Shown here in pieces: positions 26,858-40,367 of a stretch of DNA of 64,000 bases. Where the stretch lies: NCBI GenBank assembly GCA_040954595.2, contig CM082577.2, positions 11,565,654 through 11,629,653 on the forward strand, given 5' to 3'. A model generated the notes under the pieces. That model was given only the letters and a program-made list of their open reading frames with translations. It had not been told where the DNA came from and searched no databases. Within the stretch, counting starts at the first letter, position 1; every line of letters begins with the position of its first letter. A program made the translations under genes and the position numbers. The DNA comes from Balanoglossus misakiensis. Taxonomy: Eukaryota; Animalia; Hemichordata.

Positions 26858-26891
<34 letters not shown>

Positions 26892-27077
26892 TGTATGTAT
26901 GTATGTATGTATGTATGTATGTATGTATGTATGTATGTTTGTATGTATGTATGTATGTATGTATGTATGTATGTATGTATGTATGTATGTATGTATGTAT
27001 GTATGTATGTATGTATGTATGTATGTATGTATGTATGTATGTATGTATGTATGTGTGTGTGTTTGTGTGTGTGTATT

Positions 27078-27110
<33 letters not shown>

Positions 27111-28645
27111 ATGTATGTATGTATGTATGTATGTATGTATGTATGTATGTATGTATGTATGTATGTATGTATGTATGTATGTATGTATGTATGCATGCAT
27201 GCATGCATGCATGCATGCATGTATGTATGTATGTATGTATGTATGTATGTATGTATGTATGTATGTATGTATGTATGTATGTATGTATGTATGTATGTAT
27301 GTATGTATGTATGTATGTATGTACGTACGTACGTACGTACGTACGTATGTATGTATGTATGTATGTATGTATGTATGTATGTATGTATGTATGTATGTAT
27401 GTATATATGTATGTATGCATGCATGCATGCATGTATGTATGCATGTATGTATGTATGTATGTGCTGGGAAGTTTGTCTCTTTTATATGATTTGAAGAGAA
27501 ACCTTTTTACAGTAACGTCAAAGAACATATCCAATGCACAGTGATACAATCTTCCTTACCTTATTTGAGGGATCCTGGTTTTTCCGAATTTTGATTGTGT
27601 TTTCAGTTAGATCAACGAAGTACTGAATGACCTTCTTTGGAAAAAATGAGATATCCAGCCAGTTCAGAAGTGGTACCAAGAACGGAAATAAAACTGGTGA
27701 GATAGATCGACGGAATATTCTCATCAATACGATTGCTTGAAAACCTCGGTATCTTCAAATGTATCGCGTTCAAAAGATTTGCAACAATGTTATTTCACAA
27801 AAGCAGTTTTATATAGTTCAGATGTTTAACTAGCCCTATAGCATTATATGTTTCTTATTGGTGATACTCAGTAATTTGACCCCCCCCCCCAATAAGGAGT
27901 AAAAATATTATAAGGTAGAAATAATTACAATAGTACTTACAAACAGTCAACAGCACAGGGTTGAAAAAACTAAAGTCAAAAGCCCGCTTGGCGTTCTTGG
28001 TGAAGGGATGGTCCGGATATTCTTGGGTATTGATGTCGACACCAAATCCAGCACTAGCGATGCTGTCCGACACATAACCACCGAATACGCTGAGTTGAAA
28101 AATAAAGATATTTGAAAGGAACAGTAAGCTGTCAGTGTTTCGTTTAATTGATCTTATTATCTTAATAGTTTTATTAAACTTGGTAAAACTTAACTGCCTG
28201 ACTTGGTAGCCCCTTGGCAAGCTCATCTTTTTAGCAATATTATTTGTAATACGGTAAAAAACGTGCTGAGATTTGTATTGACTCAGTTGATTAGTTCAGT
28301 CAATACAGTCGCAAAATGTAGACGTAACATTTAATAAGTCATTCTGATGCTTACTCTTTGCAAAGTATAGGCGTACTTTTTTCTGTGTGCTTACGCAAAA
28401 TTCTCAGCATTGCATCCGCAGTTCTGTTGACAATGGGCGTCATCTGTGAAAAATAATGTTGAATGAGCCGTGATTAATGTATGTATGTATGTATGTATGT
28501 ATGTATGTATGTATGTATGTATGTATGTATGTATGTATGTATGTATGTATGTATGTATGTATGTATGTATGTATGTATGTATGTATGTATGTATGTATGT
28601 ATGTATGTATGTATGTATGTATGTATGTATGTATGTATGTATGTA

Positions 28646-28692
<47 letters not shown>

Positions 28693-30974
28693 ATGTATGT
28701 ATGTATGTATGTATGTATGTATGTGTGTATGATTAAACAAAGTCTTACCAATCTCATTTTGGCGCCACTAAATGCAGGTGTCAATGTATTCCTCTTTCTC
28801 TTCCAGTTTTCGTCAGCAAGAACACTGATACTGGAGTCGAATGGTTTATTGTTAACGGGTAAGCGCTACAAGGTAAACATAGAGTCTAGATGATTAAGAT
28901 TGACCCAAATCAAGAACTATGATCCATCTAAGACTAAAACGTTATGTTACCCTTGTACCCATATATACTGCAGTTTTTAAATCCCTATACACAAGTTGAT
29001 GAGAATTTTCACGTAGAAATACCTGCTTTTTGTGTTATTTTCAAGAAAATGTACTCTTAAAAATCGATAAATATAAAATGAAACGAAATGCACCGTGGGA
29101 AAGACCAACATGGCGTCACTAACTATAAATATGATTAACCAAAGTTACAGAACACTACATTGTGGTGTCACTATCATAATGTAAACTTCGCAAAACTTGA
29201 TTAGAACCTAGAGAATGATGGGCACTGTAACAACATAATAATGTATAGTTGCAAACTTACCCTCCTGTTGTAAAATGACGTGAAGTGTCTGACGCAGATT
29301 TGTTTACAAATCTCTGGGTCTCCAAATACCAAAACCGGTTCACGACCTTCATATGTACTTTGAAAACGGACAAACATATCACCATTACTAGAAAAGTTTG
29401 GTGTTGCAATATAGCATGAAATCTGATAAAAAATACATGATTTGGTGAATTTTGTTGTGAATATACAATTAATACATATACGCGATATAGGCCTGATCAA
29501 AATAACTGATTTTAATTCAGCTAAATTTGTAGTAGGCCTACGTATACAAATCTTAAAGTGTAACCCAAGTTTTGGGTTTATTTTTGGCGATTTGTTACAA
29601 TTATCGCTTAGCAATTTTCACTTACCCGAAAACCTTGCCGTATTTTTTTAACCACTCGACATCCTTCTTGTAGAAACCCTTATGCACAGAAATGAATTTT
29701 GAATTAATCATACATCCAAGTAGTCAGGAAAACGAATGTATCTTTTTTTTAGTTTTGTTATCGGTGTACATCGGTATATGTTATTTTGTATATACATATC
29801 TTAGTGTCACTGCTACGGTCTTTCTCTGTCCCGATCTCTTCTACCGCCCCGCCTCTCCCCCATACACTTACTTGGTTCAGCTGAAACAAATTTCCAAAGA
29901 AAGGTCGCGGTGCCGGGCCAGGAATTCCCATGTTTTTGAATATTGAGAATGTCCATGTTCCATACCTTTGGGTTGAAAAACATAAGAACATCTTACATCG
30001 CAGGTGTTGGATTGGTTCCCAAATGTCAAAGTAAAGAGAGGATCTTGTGTTTAGAAGTCGTTCATACAAACTGAGTTGTTCTTATTTCATAAAATCAGCA
30101 CCCGATAGAAATCCGTGTGATAATACCAATAAAGAGTTCAATGACGTTATCTCTGCCATTCAGGCAGGACAAGATCGTACTAGTTCACTTTAAGTTTACA
30201 CAATCGAATGCCGCTAAGGGTTACCACTGGTATGTTTCCGAACTACTGATAATTATTTGGTTTAAGCTTTGTTGACTGAGTGGGAGTCTCTACTAATAAA
30301 CCGGTACGCAATGGAATGTAACATACTGACCTAAACCAACGCTTCCAAAGTTCGTTGCACTTTACAAATTCAAAAGAGGAATAGCCAACTGTTATGGAAT
30401 ACAGGAACTATTTATGTGACAACTGGAATAACCCAAACAAATTTCAGATGTGAATATAACCGCCAATTCTATCAAAAACTGCAAACTGTCAGTGCCTGCC
30501 TGCTTAACCGCCCCTTCACGAATCACGCACTGTCGCGAGAACCCAATCACCCGACGTGTGACCTCTGTATTGATATTTTTCACCATTATTTGATATAGCT
30601 TCAGGCTCGAGTTTTGATGTCGCCATATTGCGTTAGGGGACTCGCTGATGACCTCCTGTGTAGGATTTTATTCGCCAACATATCACACAAGTCCAGTGAA
30701 CTATGGACATTGCTGTAGAGACAGACTGCGTATTTGCCTTTGCTCTTCTGTTCGCGTTCTGTACTGCCACCATCTGTTTTTGGAGCGCGCCGCAGTTGAT
30801 GTTTGTATTTGCATAAACAAAGCGGCCTCAGAACTCTCTGCGCAGGAGCTTTTCTGCGCCATATTTCAAAGGAATACATAAGTTATTAAATAACAGTACT
30901 TACAAATAAAGTAAACCCACCACTGCTGTAAGCAAAATTATCGGTATGGATACTTCGAAACCAAACAGTTCCAT
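23295..30974 (-). CDS. CYP3A: Cytochrome P450, clan 3 (CYP3A-like), 13 coding exons, 523 aa
   Basis: Exons 30974-30904, 29965-29872, 29678-29626, 29357-29261, 28865-28749, 28443-28355, 28089-27941, 27693-27560, 26671-26504, 25071-24851, 24350-24213, 23895-23733, 23372-23295 total 1572 nt. Motifs: GIPGPAPRPFFG, WKRKR, AGYETTS (I-helix), ETLR, PERF, FGAGPRNCIG (heme). The symbol is clan-level only. Confidence 0.93.
25090..26322. mobile_element. Intronic non-autonomous element with long (~270 bp) diverged TIRs (Mutator/foldback-like)
   Basis: ~25097-25362 (TACCAGCAACAAACG...GGGACATTTGTGCTTGAACGGACTGGGTT) is the reverse complement of ~26030-26315. Confidence 0.75.
26775..27462. repeat. Long (TATG)n compound microsatellite in a CYP intron
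   Basis: Visible directly, with (TG)n, (CATG)n and (TACG)n islands. Confidence 0.97.
28477..28731. repeat. (TATG)n microsatellite in a CYP intron
   Basis: Visible directly in the sequence. Confidence 0.97.
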
Positions 30975-31335
30975 ACTAAGTTTGCTGATCCTGCCAAATC
31001 CAAATTATCACAGCTTCACTCTGATAGACGTCAGATACCGCGGTATTTTATCAGTTTTGACCCGACTGCACACAAATGTATGCAACATTGGATGCGCGCG
31101 CAACATAATGAGATCATTCTGGTTTAACATTAAACTGCAAAATAATATATCGTGCGAACTGAATACATTTTATGTTAAATATTAAACGTTTTGCCTGATG
31201 GTCACATTAAATGCTACTTTATTCTCAGAAATTAATAAATTATTGATACACAAGCTGAGGTAATTATTTTTATTTGAAAAATACTGATGTGTATAACTAA
31301 TACGTTCCGTCAATTTTTGTTGCGGTATTCCTTAA

Positions 31336-31681
31336 AGGGACAAAGTCTCTCTCTCGCGAACCTTTTTCCATTAATTATGTTTGATACAAGACACCGTTCA
31401 CATTATTCTACATGTGGATATATTGAGAATCCACATTCAACTACAGACAAATTCCATCCCGTTTGTAGGATATGAGTGTAAAAATCCCGCCAAAATGAAT
31501 AAATGGTAAACACCGATTATTCATTTTGGCAAGTTTTTCACTCTCATGTCTACAAGTTGGATGGAAGTTGTGTGTGGTTGAACGTTGATTCACTATATAT
31601 CCACATTTAGAATAAATAAATGGTGTCTTGTATCAAATATTATTAATGGAAAAAGGGCAGCGAGAGAGAGACTTTGTCCCT
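31336..31681. mobile_element. Palindromic MITE with TTAA TSD (Kolobok-like)
   Basis: TTAA|AGGGACAAAGTCTCTCTCTCGC ... GCGAGAGAGAGACTTTGTCCCT|TTAA; the whole element folds back on itself. Confidence 0.85.
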
Positions 31682-32371
31682 TTAACACAACCGTTGTCAG
31701 AAATTTTTTATCTTTGATATCTTAATTTATAAGCCTCGTCCAGTATTACCAAATCATGTCAGCATGAAAAAATCTCTGATTGTGAAATTCAATATCTAAT
31801 TGTTAAGTTCAATTATGACACACATTAAAAATGACGCTCAATAATTATCATAGCCAACAGAGTCGCAATTATTTCTAATTTAAAAACGATTTTTATTCAA
31901 TATGAGACAAAAACATTTGCATACAAGTCTACTTTCAGTTTGAACATACAATTAACGCTACGGTTATATATACAACATTTGTAAATATCCGCTCATCTGA
32001 AAGTGTCTGGACGGAGTACGAGATGCAGGAACATTAGCTGTAACTTTTGGCTTTAGTTTAAACATTTTTGGTATGTGTACCAAATACAGTAACTGTTTCT
32101 TGCTGTTTTCCAAATAACACAATAATTTACCCAGTGCTCTTCTTATCAACACAGCATGTGTGTCACGACCATTGTTATTGTTGACAAATTAATTCTAGTC
32201 CGGATCTGAATACAAACTTTACGTAGGTTGTGTGCATAAGGTGAATACTGGGTGTTTCATCATGCTTCAGAGATTTGACCAAGAAACTGCCGTAGATACA
32301 CAAAACAAAAATACTGAAAACATAGCGAATAGTTACAGCTAATGGAGGTTAAAGTATTACTGCAACAGTTT

Positions 32372-34537
32372 TTATATGAAACCCGTGTTATGTCTTTTTG
32401 CCACGGTATCTTCGTAGGAAGGAGGTGCGTCTGACGTACCGGGTGGGTTGTCTGCTGGTGGATACATCACTGAACCGTGAGCATCGGTTTGCGGTCTGAA
32501 TACATGGAAAGAAAAAAAATAGAAAGTAAATAATAGCTTTCTGAAACGTAATGCGATTACAAGGGTAAATAAAAATTATTGAAGATCTAACTCTGTTGAA
32601 TGCCTGTTCTGCTTGTTCTAAAATAACATTGCGGTCTTGATATTATGCAAACAGTCATCTTCGCAAGCCATGCTACAACAATGTCTTGAGACTTAGGCAT
32701 CATCCCACATACATGTACTACAGAGGGCGCTATACTTCATGACAATCTCAGTATGTATATTTCGGGTAAGGGGGCCTTGGGAAAACTGTACTTAATAGGC
32801 TGACACAGTCTAATTTGCAAAAATTATTATGAGGCATGTTGGGTGAGTGTAATTGAGATGAATTCCAGCCACGCAAACGTGATTTCAGTATTGACCGGTC
32901 ATTTTAAATTAATAAAATATGGATACGCGTGAACTATGAAGCCATGCTTTTTTAGATAGGCATGTTCTATCAGTCCCAATATTATATTTGTTGACGGAAA
33001 GGTCATAGGCGTACGCGCGTTGAGATCTCACGTAATGCTAGCATTAATTAATTAATTAATTAATTAATTAATTAATTCATTCATTCATTCATTCATTCAC
33101 TCACTCACTCACTCACTCACTCACTCACTCACCTATTCATTCATTCTTTCACTCACTCACTCACTCACTCACCCATTCATTCTTTCATTCACTCACTCTC
33201 TCACTCACTCACTCACCTATTCATTCATTCTTTCACTCACTCACTCACTCACTCACTCACTCACCCATTCATTCTTTCATTCACTCACTCTCTCACTCAC
33301 TCACTCACCTATTCATTCATTCTTTCACTCACTCACTCACTCACTCACTCACCCATTCATTCTTTCCTTCACTCACTCACTCTCTCACTCACTCACCCAT
33401 TCATTCATTCATTCACTCACTCACTCACTCACTCACTCACTCACTCACTCACCTATTCATTCATTCTTTCACTCACTCACTCACTCACTCACTCACCCAT
33501 TCATTCTTTCATTCACTCACTCACTCACTCTCTCACTCACTCACTCACTCACTCACTCACCTATTCATTCATTCTTTCATTCACTCACTCACTCACTCAC
33601 TCACTCACCCATTCATTCTTTCATTCACTCACTCACTCACTCACTCATTCATTCATTCATTCATTCATTCATCTATCCACCTGACCGTCAGTCCATACAC
33701 ACACGTGCACGTACACACGTACGTATGTACATGCATTATGCCTGGAAATCGTGAACCTAAGCGAATCTGATATGCTTCTTTCAGAACAATGGTTTGTTTT
33801 CTTTTTTTCGTACTTCGGAAATGAAGCGAACATTACTCAAAAGAATCAGCATGGTTGGATAATGGTACGTACCCATGCATAGGTGGTGGGTATGCCATAT
33901 CATAGACACCCTGGGAGGCGAGCACTGGCTGAGCAGTCGTTCCTATCTGTTGTGTTGGTGGTGGTGGATACATGCTGCCGTACGGATTAGCTGCTGGCAT
34001 TTGTACTCCTGTTGACGGTACAGGATAAAACTGACTAGAAGTTGGCTGTGGCTGACCGGGCATTGGGCCATATCTGAAATGTGTTGTGGCTTCGCCTTCT
34101 CCCTGTTCAATGGTCTGACTGGCACACGCGTTGACTGTAATGTCTGTGTCGGTTCTCGTGGTAGTTACTACTGTTGCCGTACCAGCTTCACCGGGCTCGA
34201 CGCCGTTGGAGCCTTTACAACCCTGCTTTAGGACGCATATCAGTATGCCCGCAAGGAGCATAGATCCCGATATGGAAAGAAGAATTATTCCGGGAACGAG
34301 CACACCGCCACTCGCAAAGGAGCTGCTGTATGCAACTCCAAGGAGAGCGGCGCCGGGAACAATAAAAAATGCTCCAAACATGATCAGAATGACAGCGATG
34401 ACAATTGAGCTACCAGATCCAGTAAGCACGAGTTTTGTCCCACCGCCCCGGCGGCGACCGCCAATTCGGCGACGAGTTCGATTTCTGCCACCAATACGTG
34501 AGCGACCGCCGCGTCTTCCTCTTTCTCCTGCGCCCAT
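32372..34537 (-). CDS. Two-TM, Pro-rich membrane protein with C-terminal PPSY motif (262 aa)
   Basis: Exons 34537-33873 and 32495-32372 (phase 2). Arg/Gly-rich N-terminus, two hydrophobic helices, tail ...DAPPSYEDTVAKRHNTGFI*. UTR acceptor at ~34584. Confidence 0.8.
33044..33672. repeat. (TAAT)/(TTCA)/(TCAC)n compound microsatellite with higher-order periodicity
   Basis: Visible directly; lies in the intron of the TM gene. Confidence 0.95.
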
Positions 34538-34666
34538 CTTGTCTGACTATCACGTCCGTGTACCAGCACTGTTGACGCAACCGCTGAATTTTAGAAAAAA
34601 ATGTGGAAATAGCTAGGGTAAGCAATATATTCACGGCTGCAATACTGTTCCTGGAATCAGTCTTAA

Positions 34667-34840
34667 AGGGACAAAGTCTCTCTCTCACTGCCCCCTTTTC
34701 ATTAATTTTGTTTCAATTTGAAACAAGACACTGTTTCTGTTATTCTACATGTGGATATATAGTAAATCAATGTTCGACTACACACAACTTCCATCCCGTT
34801 GGGAGTATATGAGTGTGAAAAACTCGCCAAAATGAATAGT
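34667..34840. mobile_element. Half copy of the 31336 MITE family
   Basis: TTAAAGGGACAAAGTCTCTCTCTC...TATTCTACATGTGGATAT...CGCCAAAATGAATA. Confidence 0.75.
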
Positions 34841-35529
34841 CTGTGTTTACATATGATGCCTCAGGGATGATTCGTTGTTAAGACAGTCGACGTGTACCAA
34901 CACCGTACCCCATCCAGGAGCAAGACGGTGATATGGTCGCCTTTCTAGGCTATGGGCATTTGAATGATTGACTCCTTCGAAACAAAAGTCATGAAAATGA
35001 GAAATACGTTTTGAAAATACCAGTTTAGAGAAAGGATAGCGGTGTTTTATTTGTAAATTCACGCTTTCTATCATACGCTATGTTTCCATTCAACAGAACT
35101 GGCGCGGAACTGCCTATTTCATTATCCTGTATTCGTTTGTATTACCACATGTACTCGATTAATCTGACGTCATTTGCTTCAAGAAATTAATTAAGAGTTT
35201 ACACAGTACTCCATCGCGAAAACAGGTGGTACGTACCGCAGCTTAGTATAAATAATGTCAAGTTGTACAAATTTGGTTTTCTTTCATTCGCGTGAGACCT
35301 GACGATCTGTTGGAGGGCGAATCACTCTTTCTCCTTTCAAGGCCACGGACATACATGTAATACAAATAATGTTCCGGCTGCTACCGATATAAAGCGGTCA
35401 AAAGCTTTCAAGGTAACCACAGAGCTAATCCACAGAAACGATCCAAGCACGTGCAACATGAGCACGCTCGTGAATTACATACACCTGCTGTGTATACGCA
35501 GATTAAGCTGAAAATGGTGATACACTTAC

Positions 35530-35603
35530 CTGGGGTGGTCTGTGTGTAAAACTGAAGCCACGGAGAATGGTAACTTGATCACGGGGTAGCACGCTTATAT
35601 AAC
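35530..35603 (-). promoter_or_regulatory. Candidate TATA box and non-coding first exon of the 32372-34537 gene
   Basis: The minus strand has TTATATAAG at ~35603-35595, then CAG|GTAAGT donor at ~35530. Confidence 0.45.
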
Positions 35604-36387
35604 AGGCGACTTGAACAACAGAAACACGTACCTGCGCCTTTCACCTAAGTTGCCTTTCTGAACATTAATTTAGGATTCAGCTTAGCAAAGTAATATGGGG
35701 TATTTACGCACAAAACGCTAGATATGTAACCACTATACACAGTCACAGCGAAATCACAACATGGCTACCAATACACGAACACGTGTCATTGAAATCACCA
35801 TGACTACGGCATTCAAATATTTACATACGAATGGGGTCAAGACTAACAGTAAAGACAGCGTATTGTTGCTTCGTTTCTTTCATGCCAAGCCAGGCTAATG
35901 GATTTCTCCATTTATTCGTTGCAGATCATTTACATCCAAGTGTTATGTCTTTGTTGCTGCAATTGTTTGACAAACTGCCCAAGATTTCCAAGCTTTCAGA
36001 AGTGATCCTGTTCAGCATTAAAATATTAACCGCATAACGATTACAGGTATAAATCAGTCTTAAATCTTTAGGTATAAATATGTCTTTAGTATATCATGCA
36101 GCGGCATAATTTTTTTTTTTTAGAAGTAACGCTTTTTGTTGGACATGACGTTCGTCGGAGGGAAATTTGAATGGCCGCAAAGTGCCATCCTCACAGCAGT
36201 ATATACCAATTTCCCATTTGTCAATCTCAGACGAAGAATTTGTAATTAGAAAATAGGCCTACAATTTAATAATTAAGACGAAGAAACAATCTGAAAATTT
36301 ACATTAGCCCTTTTTCAATTTTCTTTTTTGAAGATGCAATTCGGTTTATTGGTTGGCCGTAATGTGCCACGGATTGAGTTGGATGTC

Positions 36388-36437
36388 TTGTTTGTTTGTT
36401 TGTTTGTTTGTTTGTTTGTTTGTTTGTTTGTTTGTTT
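36388..36437. repeat. (GTTT)n microsatellite
   Basis: Visible directly in the sequence. Confidence 0.9.
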
Positions 36438-36848
36438 CCCCGAAAAGAACGCATACTTCGCCTGTGTATGTGATATGCGGCTTTCAGATACTGCAACGTG
36501 TACGTTGAAGAAAAAATCCAAATCATATTTAATTCAGGTATACGAAATAACAAGAACAAACTTCAACACACATTAAGTCTCATATTGTACTCTTAAAAAG
36601 TCTCAATCTTCGAATATGTCAGTTTGCGAATGGGTCTGCTATCTTTTACTGTAAACCCGCGTATACAACGGCGTCATGGAGACATCAGCCACGAATCGTC
36701 GCGGTTCATATTGTACTGCTTCTCAGATACACCGTGCGGATACGCGGCTTGAGAAACGAGTAAATTCCCTCCCCCCTGTGCTCAGTTCAGACGCATTCCG
36801 CCGAATTGAACTCCGTTTGTTTCAGCCAAGTGTCATTGGACCACTTAG

Positions 36849-37943
36849 TTAAGGTTTAGTTTTCATGACTTCCTGGTATGACGGTGGAGGAACCTCTGCA
36901 GTATCGCTGGCCTTCACGGTGATGTCATCTGCGTCGACACTACAGGAGAAAATATTGGTGAGGAAATATGTGAGGAGCTATTTTGGCGCATTTTTGAACA
37001 GTGCGCCTTCTGTCGTTCATAGCATCTGCTTCGTATTTTGAGCTCTCGGCTACTAAACGGTTGGACTAAGATTTTAAAGCGACTGTCCTAAATAGACAAA
37101 AAACCTGTCAAATGACTGTAGTTGGACAAAAGAAAGCCAATACCGTGTTTGCATGCTTATACAAATTGTAATTTTGACATGACATACCATGTAATAATCT
37201 TCAGTCAGAAATCTTACAGACATTTATAGCACAGACAAATGCGGCCGTATAGACAATGCAGTTATCCTCAAAACCAAGCTATCCAAAATATATATTCTAC
37301 ATTACAATTTACCACTCTCAAGTTTATCTCTAAGTGAGGGTAATATGGTACATATACTTTATCGACTCAACAGTAGAAGTCCAGCAAGACGCGTGGTTCT
37401 CCAAGATACTTACACGGCAGCTGAATTCGATGGCATATCACCAGTCAGTGGCGGTGCTGAAGGCCGCATGACGTCATCACGTCTCTCTTCCATTTCCAGG
37501 AAAGGTTCCTGATTTACCATCGGCGAACTGGCATCAGTTTGGGAGGCTTCGTTCTCCTGTCGCCGCATCTGTCGATGTACACATTCATATTTAAAACAAC
37601 CGAAGCCAAAGACCAAACCACCGATGAAAGTTACAGCGCCCCCAGCGCCGACGATAGCGGTATTGTCCCGTGTACTGCTGGCGTCATTATTGGAGACGTA
37701 TATCAGAAGGAAACCTCCGATTACAAGCAATATAACCCCTGTCAGGAGCGATATGAACGCTATACCGATTGATTTTTCTGTGCCACCGTTTATGCTCTCT
37801 GTTTCTTGGTGACTTCGGCTGCAAAACCTCTCCAGACCGATAATCATGAGACCGAGACGATGGTGGCTGAACCGTCCATAGGATCTTCCTCCTCTGGTGG
37901 CCGATTCGGCCTTTTCTTCCCTGCCAGAATGTCTGTAGTTCAT
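36849..37943 (-). CDS. Second two-TM membrane protein with C-terminal PPSY motif (~206 aa)
   Basis: Exons 37943-37414 and 36939-36849 (phase 2, GTAAGT / CTGTAG). Helices IGIAFISLLTGVILLVIGGFLLIYV and AIVGAGGAVTFIGGLVFGFGCF. Tail EVPPPSYQEVMKTKP*. Alternative ATG at 37964. Confidence 0.78.
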
Positions 37944-39787
37944 AATTCCCCTCTGTCGTTGCATGTATGGAGATTAGAAAAATGCAGTCAATGTCCAACT
38001 GTCTTCAAACCTTGGGAGTATAGTAGAATCTTGTCCCCAGGTGGAGAATTATACCAAGATGTCTGTCAGTGGTAGATAGAAATCAATCACTGAGTGTGAT
38101 GCACTCTATTGCATGATCGCAGTTCACATATCCGAATACACTGTACTTTGCTATCTTATCAATGGATACATGTTGTGTCGTCTTAATGATAATTAAGCAC
38201 CGAGTACTAACAAATACTACATGTACTTTATTCAGTGTAAACCATTGCCGTCCCCGGCGCGGCTCTCAACAACAGTATGTGACGTACTAATGATAGCGCC
38301 CTCACACAGACACTTATATCAAGCGCTGGACAAACAACACCGTACGAGGATTTGAGAGCAACAGCAAAAATTATGTTCGAAAAATCTTTCTTGTCTTTAG
38401 GACAGAAGTTACTAAAGTGCTTTTAACCTGGTCATCTTTTATGAACCCACAATGCATCATGTATTCACAGTTCGTCTGTTCTGTGCGGAGGGTGAGTTAT
38501 TCCGTTGACCCATATGAGACAACACAATTAGGTCTACTGGATCTCTAATTACGCGGTCAGAACTCTAATTTTGGTGGACACAACTCTCAACTAATAGAAA
38601 TTTTGCGGTGTGTCAGTCAAGCATATGTTCATAGTCGACAATTAAATCGAAATAGATCAAACCACTAATTTTCATCGTTTAAACTTTCCAATGCGACAAT
38701 GAAATATATACACATTATCAACTCAATTTGTGTATTTTTCTGTCAATATTAAAGTCCATACTACGTGCCAGTAGATTAAATGATTTAAAACCCTCTTTTG
38801 GAACACTAGTTTCTATAAGGTCACCATTCTTGAAACAATCATTCTGATTCTGATCAATAAATCAAACTGCTGTAGGCCTAGAGTGATATTTCCACAATAA
38901 CCCGGGGCTTCAAGGGGGGTAACGACATTACCAAAGTGGTGCATTAGTAGTTGGCTGCTTTGTGATGTGCAAAGTGTATCATGGAAATATCGTACACACC
39001 TGAGAGGGCGCAACTTACCGTGTTGCGATCGCGAGGTCTGGCAAACCGTCGGCTAATTAGAAAACTCGTCCACCCTAGGGGCCTAGCCCGTTTGCCATCT
39101 TAAAATACTGCTATAAATTCTGTAGAATGTCAACATCCAACTACGCCATTGACCGACCTGTAGTTGACCTGAACTGAACCTCCCAGCTGATGACCTTGAG
39201 AGCATTTTCTTGTCCCTGTGCACACATTTAATTACTTACCTCATTTCCTTTCGTCTATCTCCATGATAGCTTGCACGCCAAACATGACTTATTGCCGGTC
39301 GGCATTTCGTATAGGTAATACTGTGTGCAGCTCTTGAGAAAAAGAGAATTTGCATTTCCAGTCTTTATACTAAACAGTGTGCGCGCGCACGACAGTGCCC
39401 AGTGAAAGCAGGTCAGTATCATTGAAGGCTTGTGCAAACAAAACATGAGTACGTTCGATTGAGATGCAAATATACCTGTAGAAATCAAAGCATGAGTATG
39501 CCTACAGATGAATAAAGGCCGCACCAAAAAAATAACCATGTGATACCAGTAACCCGACCTAACCCCTTTTAACTTCCAGACTGTAAAGAGTTTAGATCCA
39601 AATATATGCGTATGTTCATCACTGAAAACCATTATTTAAGGGAGAATTTAGCAGGAAAGTAAAATTAAGCAATAACCCCCGACACAGGCGGGTAAACGCG
39701 TGATTTGGGTAGAATTCGCGACATATAGAACGAGCCATCGTTTATGAATAAATTAAAATAAATAAAGAAATCCGTGAATAAAATAAA

Positions 39788-40359
39788 TTATATTATATCA
39801 TGCTACCATCCGCGATTCTGATTGGACGAGAGCTGAATCCAGCCATGGTAAAATACTGTTTTACCATGGCTAGCAGTGGTAAAACGGGCCCCTGAACTAG
39901 CATACAGCAGCAAAATGTGCGGTTGAACCACAGTCGCGCGCGTTTAAACCAAATAAATAAAACAAAAATAATGTTGAATTAACGGACGTTTTATTTTGGA
40001 ACTGCTCTGTGGATATATTTGTCGCTTTGCCACGCGCGATGCCCGTCTTGTCACTTTTTGTCGTCTGCTTCATGTTTAATGCTCGATCCCGGCTGCTCGT
40101 GTTTACATTCGTCGTCGCCATGTTGGTTCACGATCGTAATTTCTCTTTCTGACACCGTTTCGGTAAGAAAATGACACTGATATGCCACAAAAACAGTTGT
40201 TGATATAATATAATAGCAATAACCCCCGCCTCAGTCGGGTATACACTCGATTTGGGTACAATTCGCTCCATATAGCACTCGCCTAACGGCTCGTGCTATA
40301 TGTCTCGAATTGTACCCAAATCTCGTGTATACCCGCCTGCGGCGGGGGTTATTGCTTAA
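39788..40359. mobile_element. Non-autonomous element with large 3' hairpin ending in TTAA (Crypton-like, tentative)
   Basis: Stem-loop AGCAATAACCCCCGCC...GGCGGGGGTTATTGCT at ~40214-40356. Absent from the duplicate flank at ~44700. Confidence 0.6.
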
Positions 40360-40367
40360 ATAACAAG

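Noticed and set aside
26654-28893. Long MYVC/HTYI ORFs (also at 21798-22295)
   Set aside because: Microsatellite translation artefacts inside introns.
34131-34616. Plus-strand 161-aa ORF
   Set aside because: Antisense shadow of the TM gene exon.
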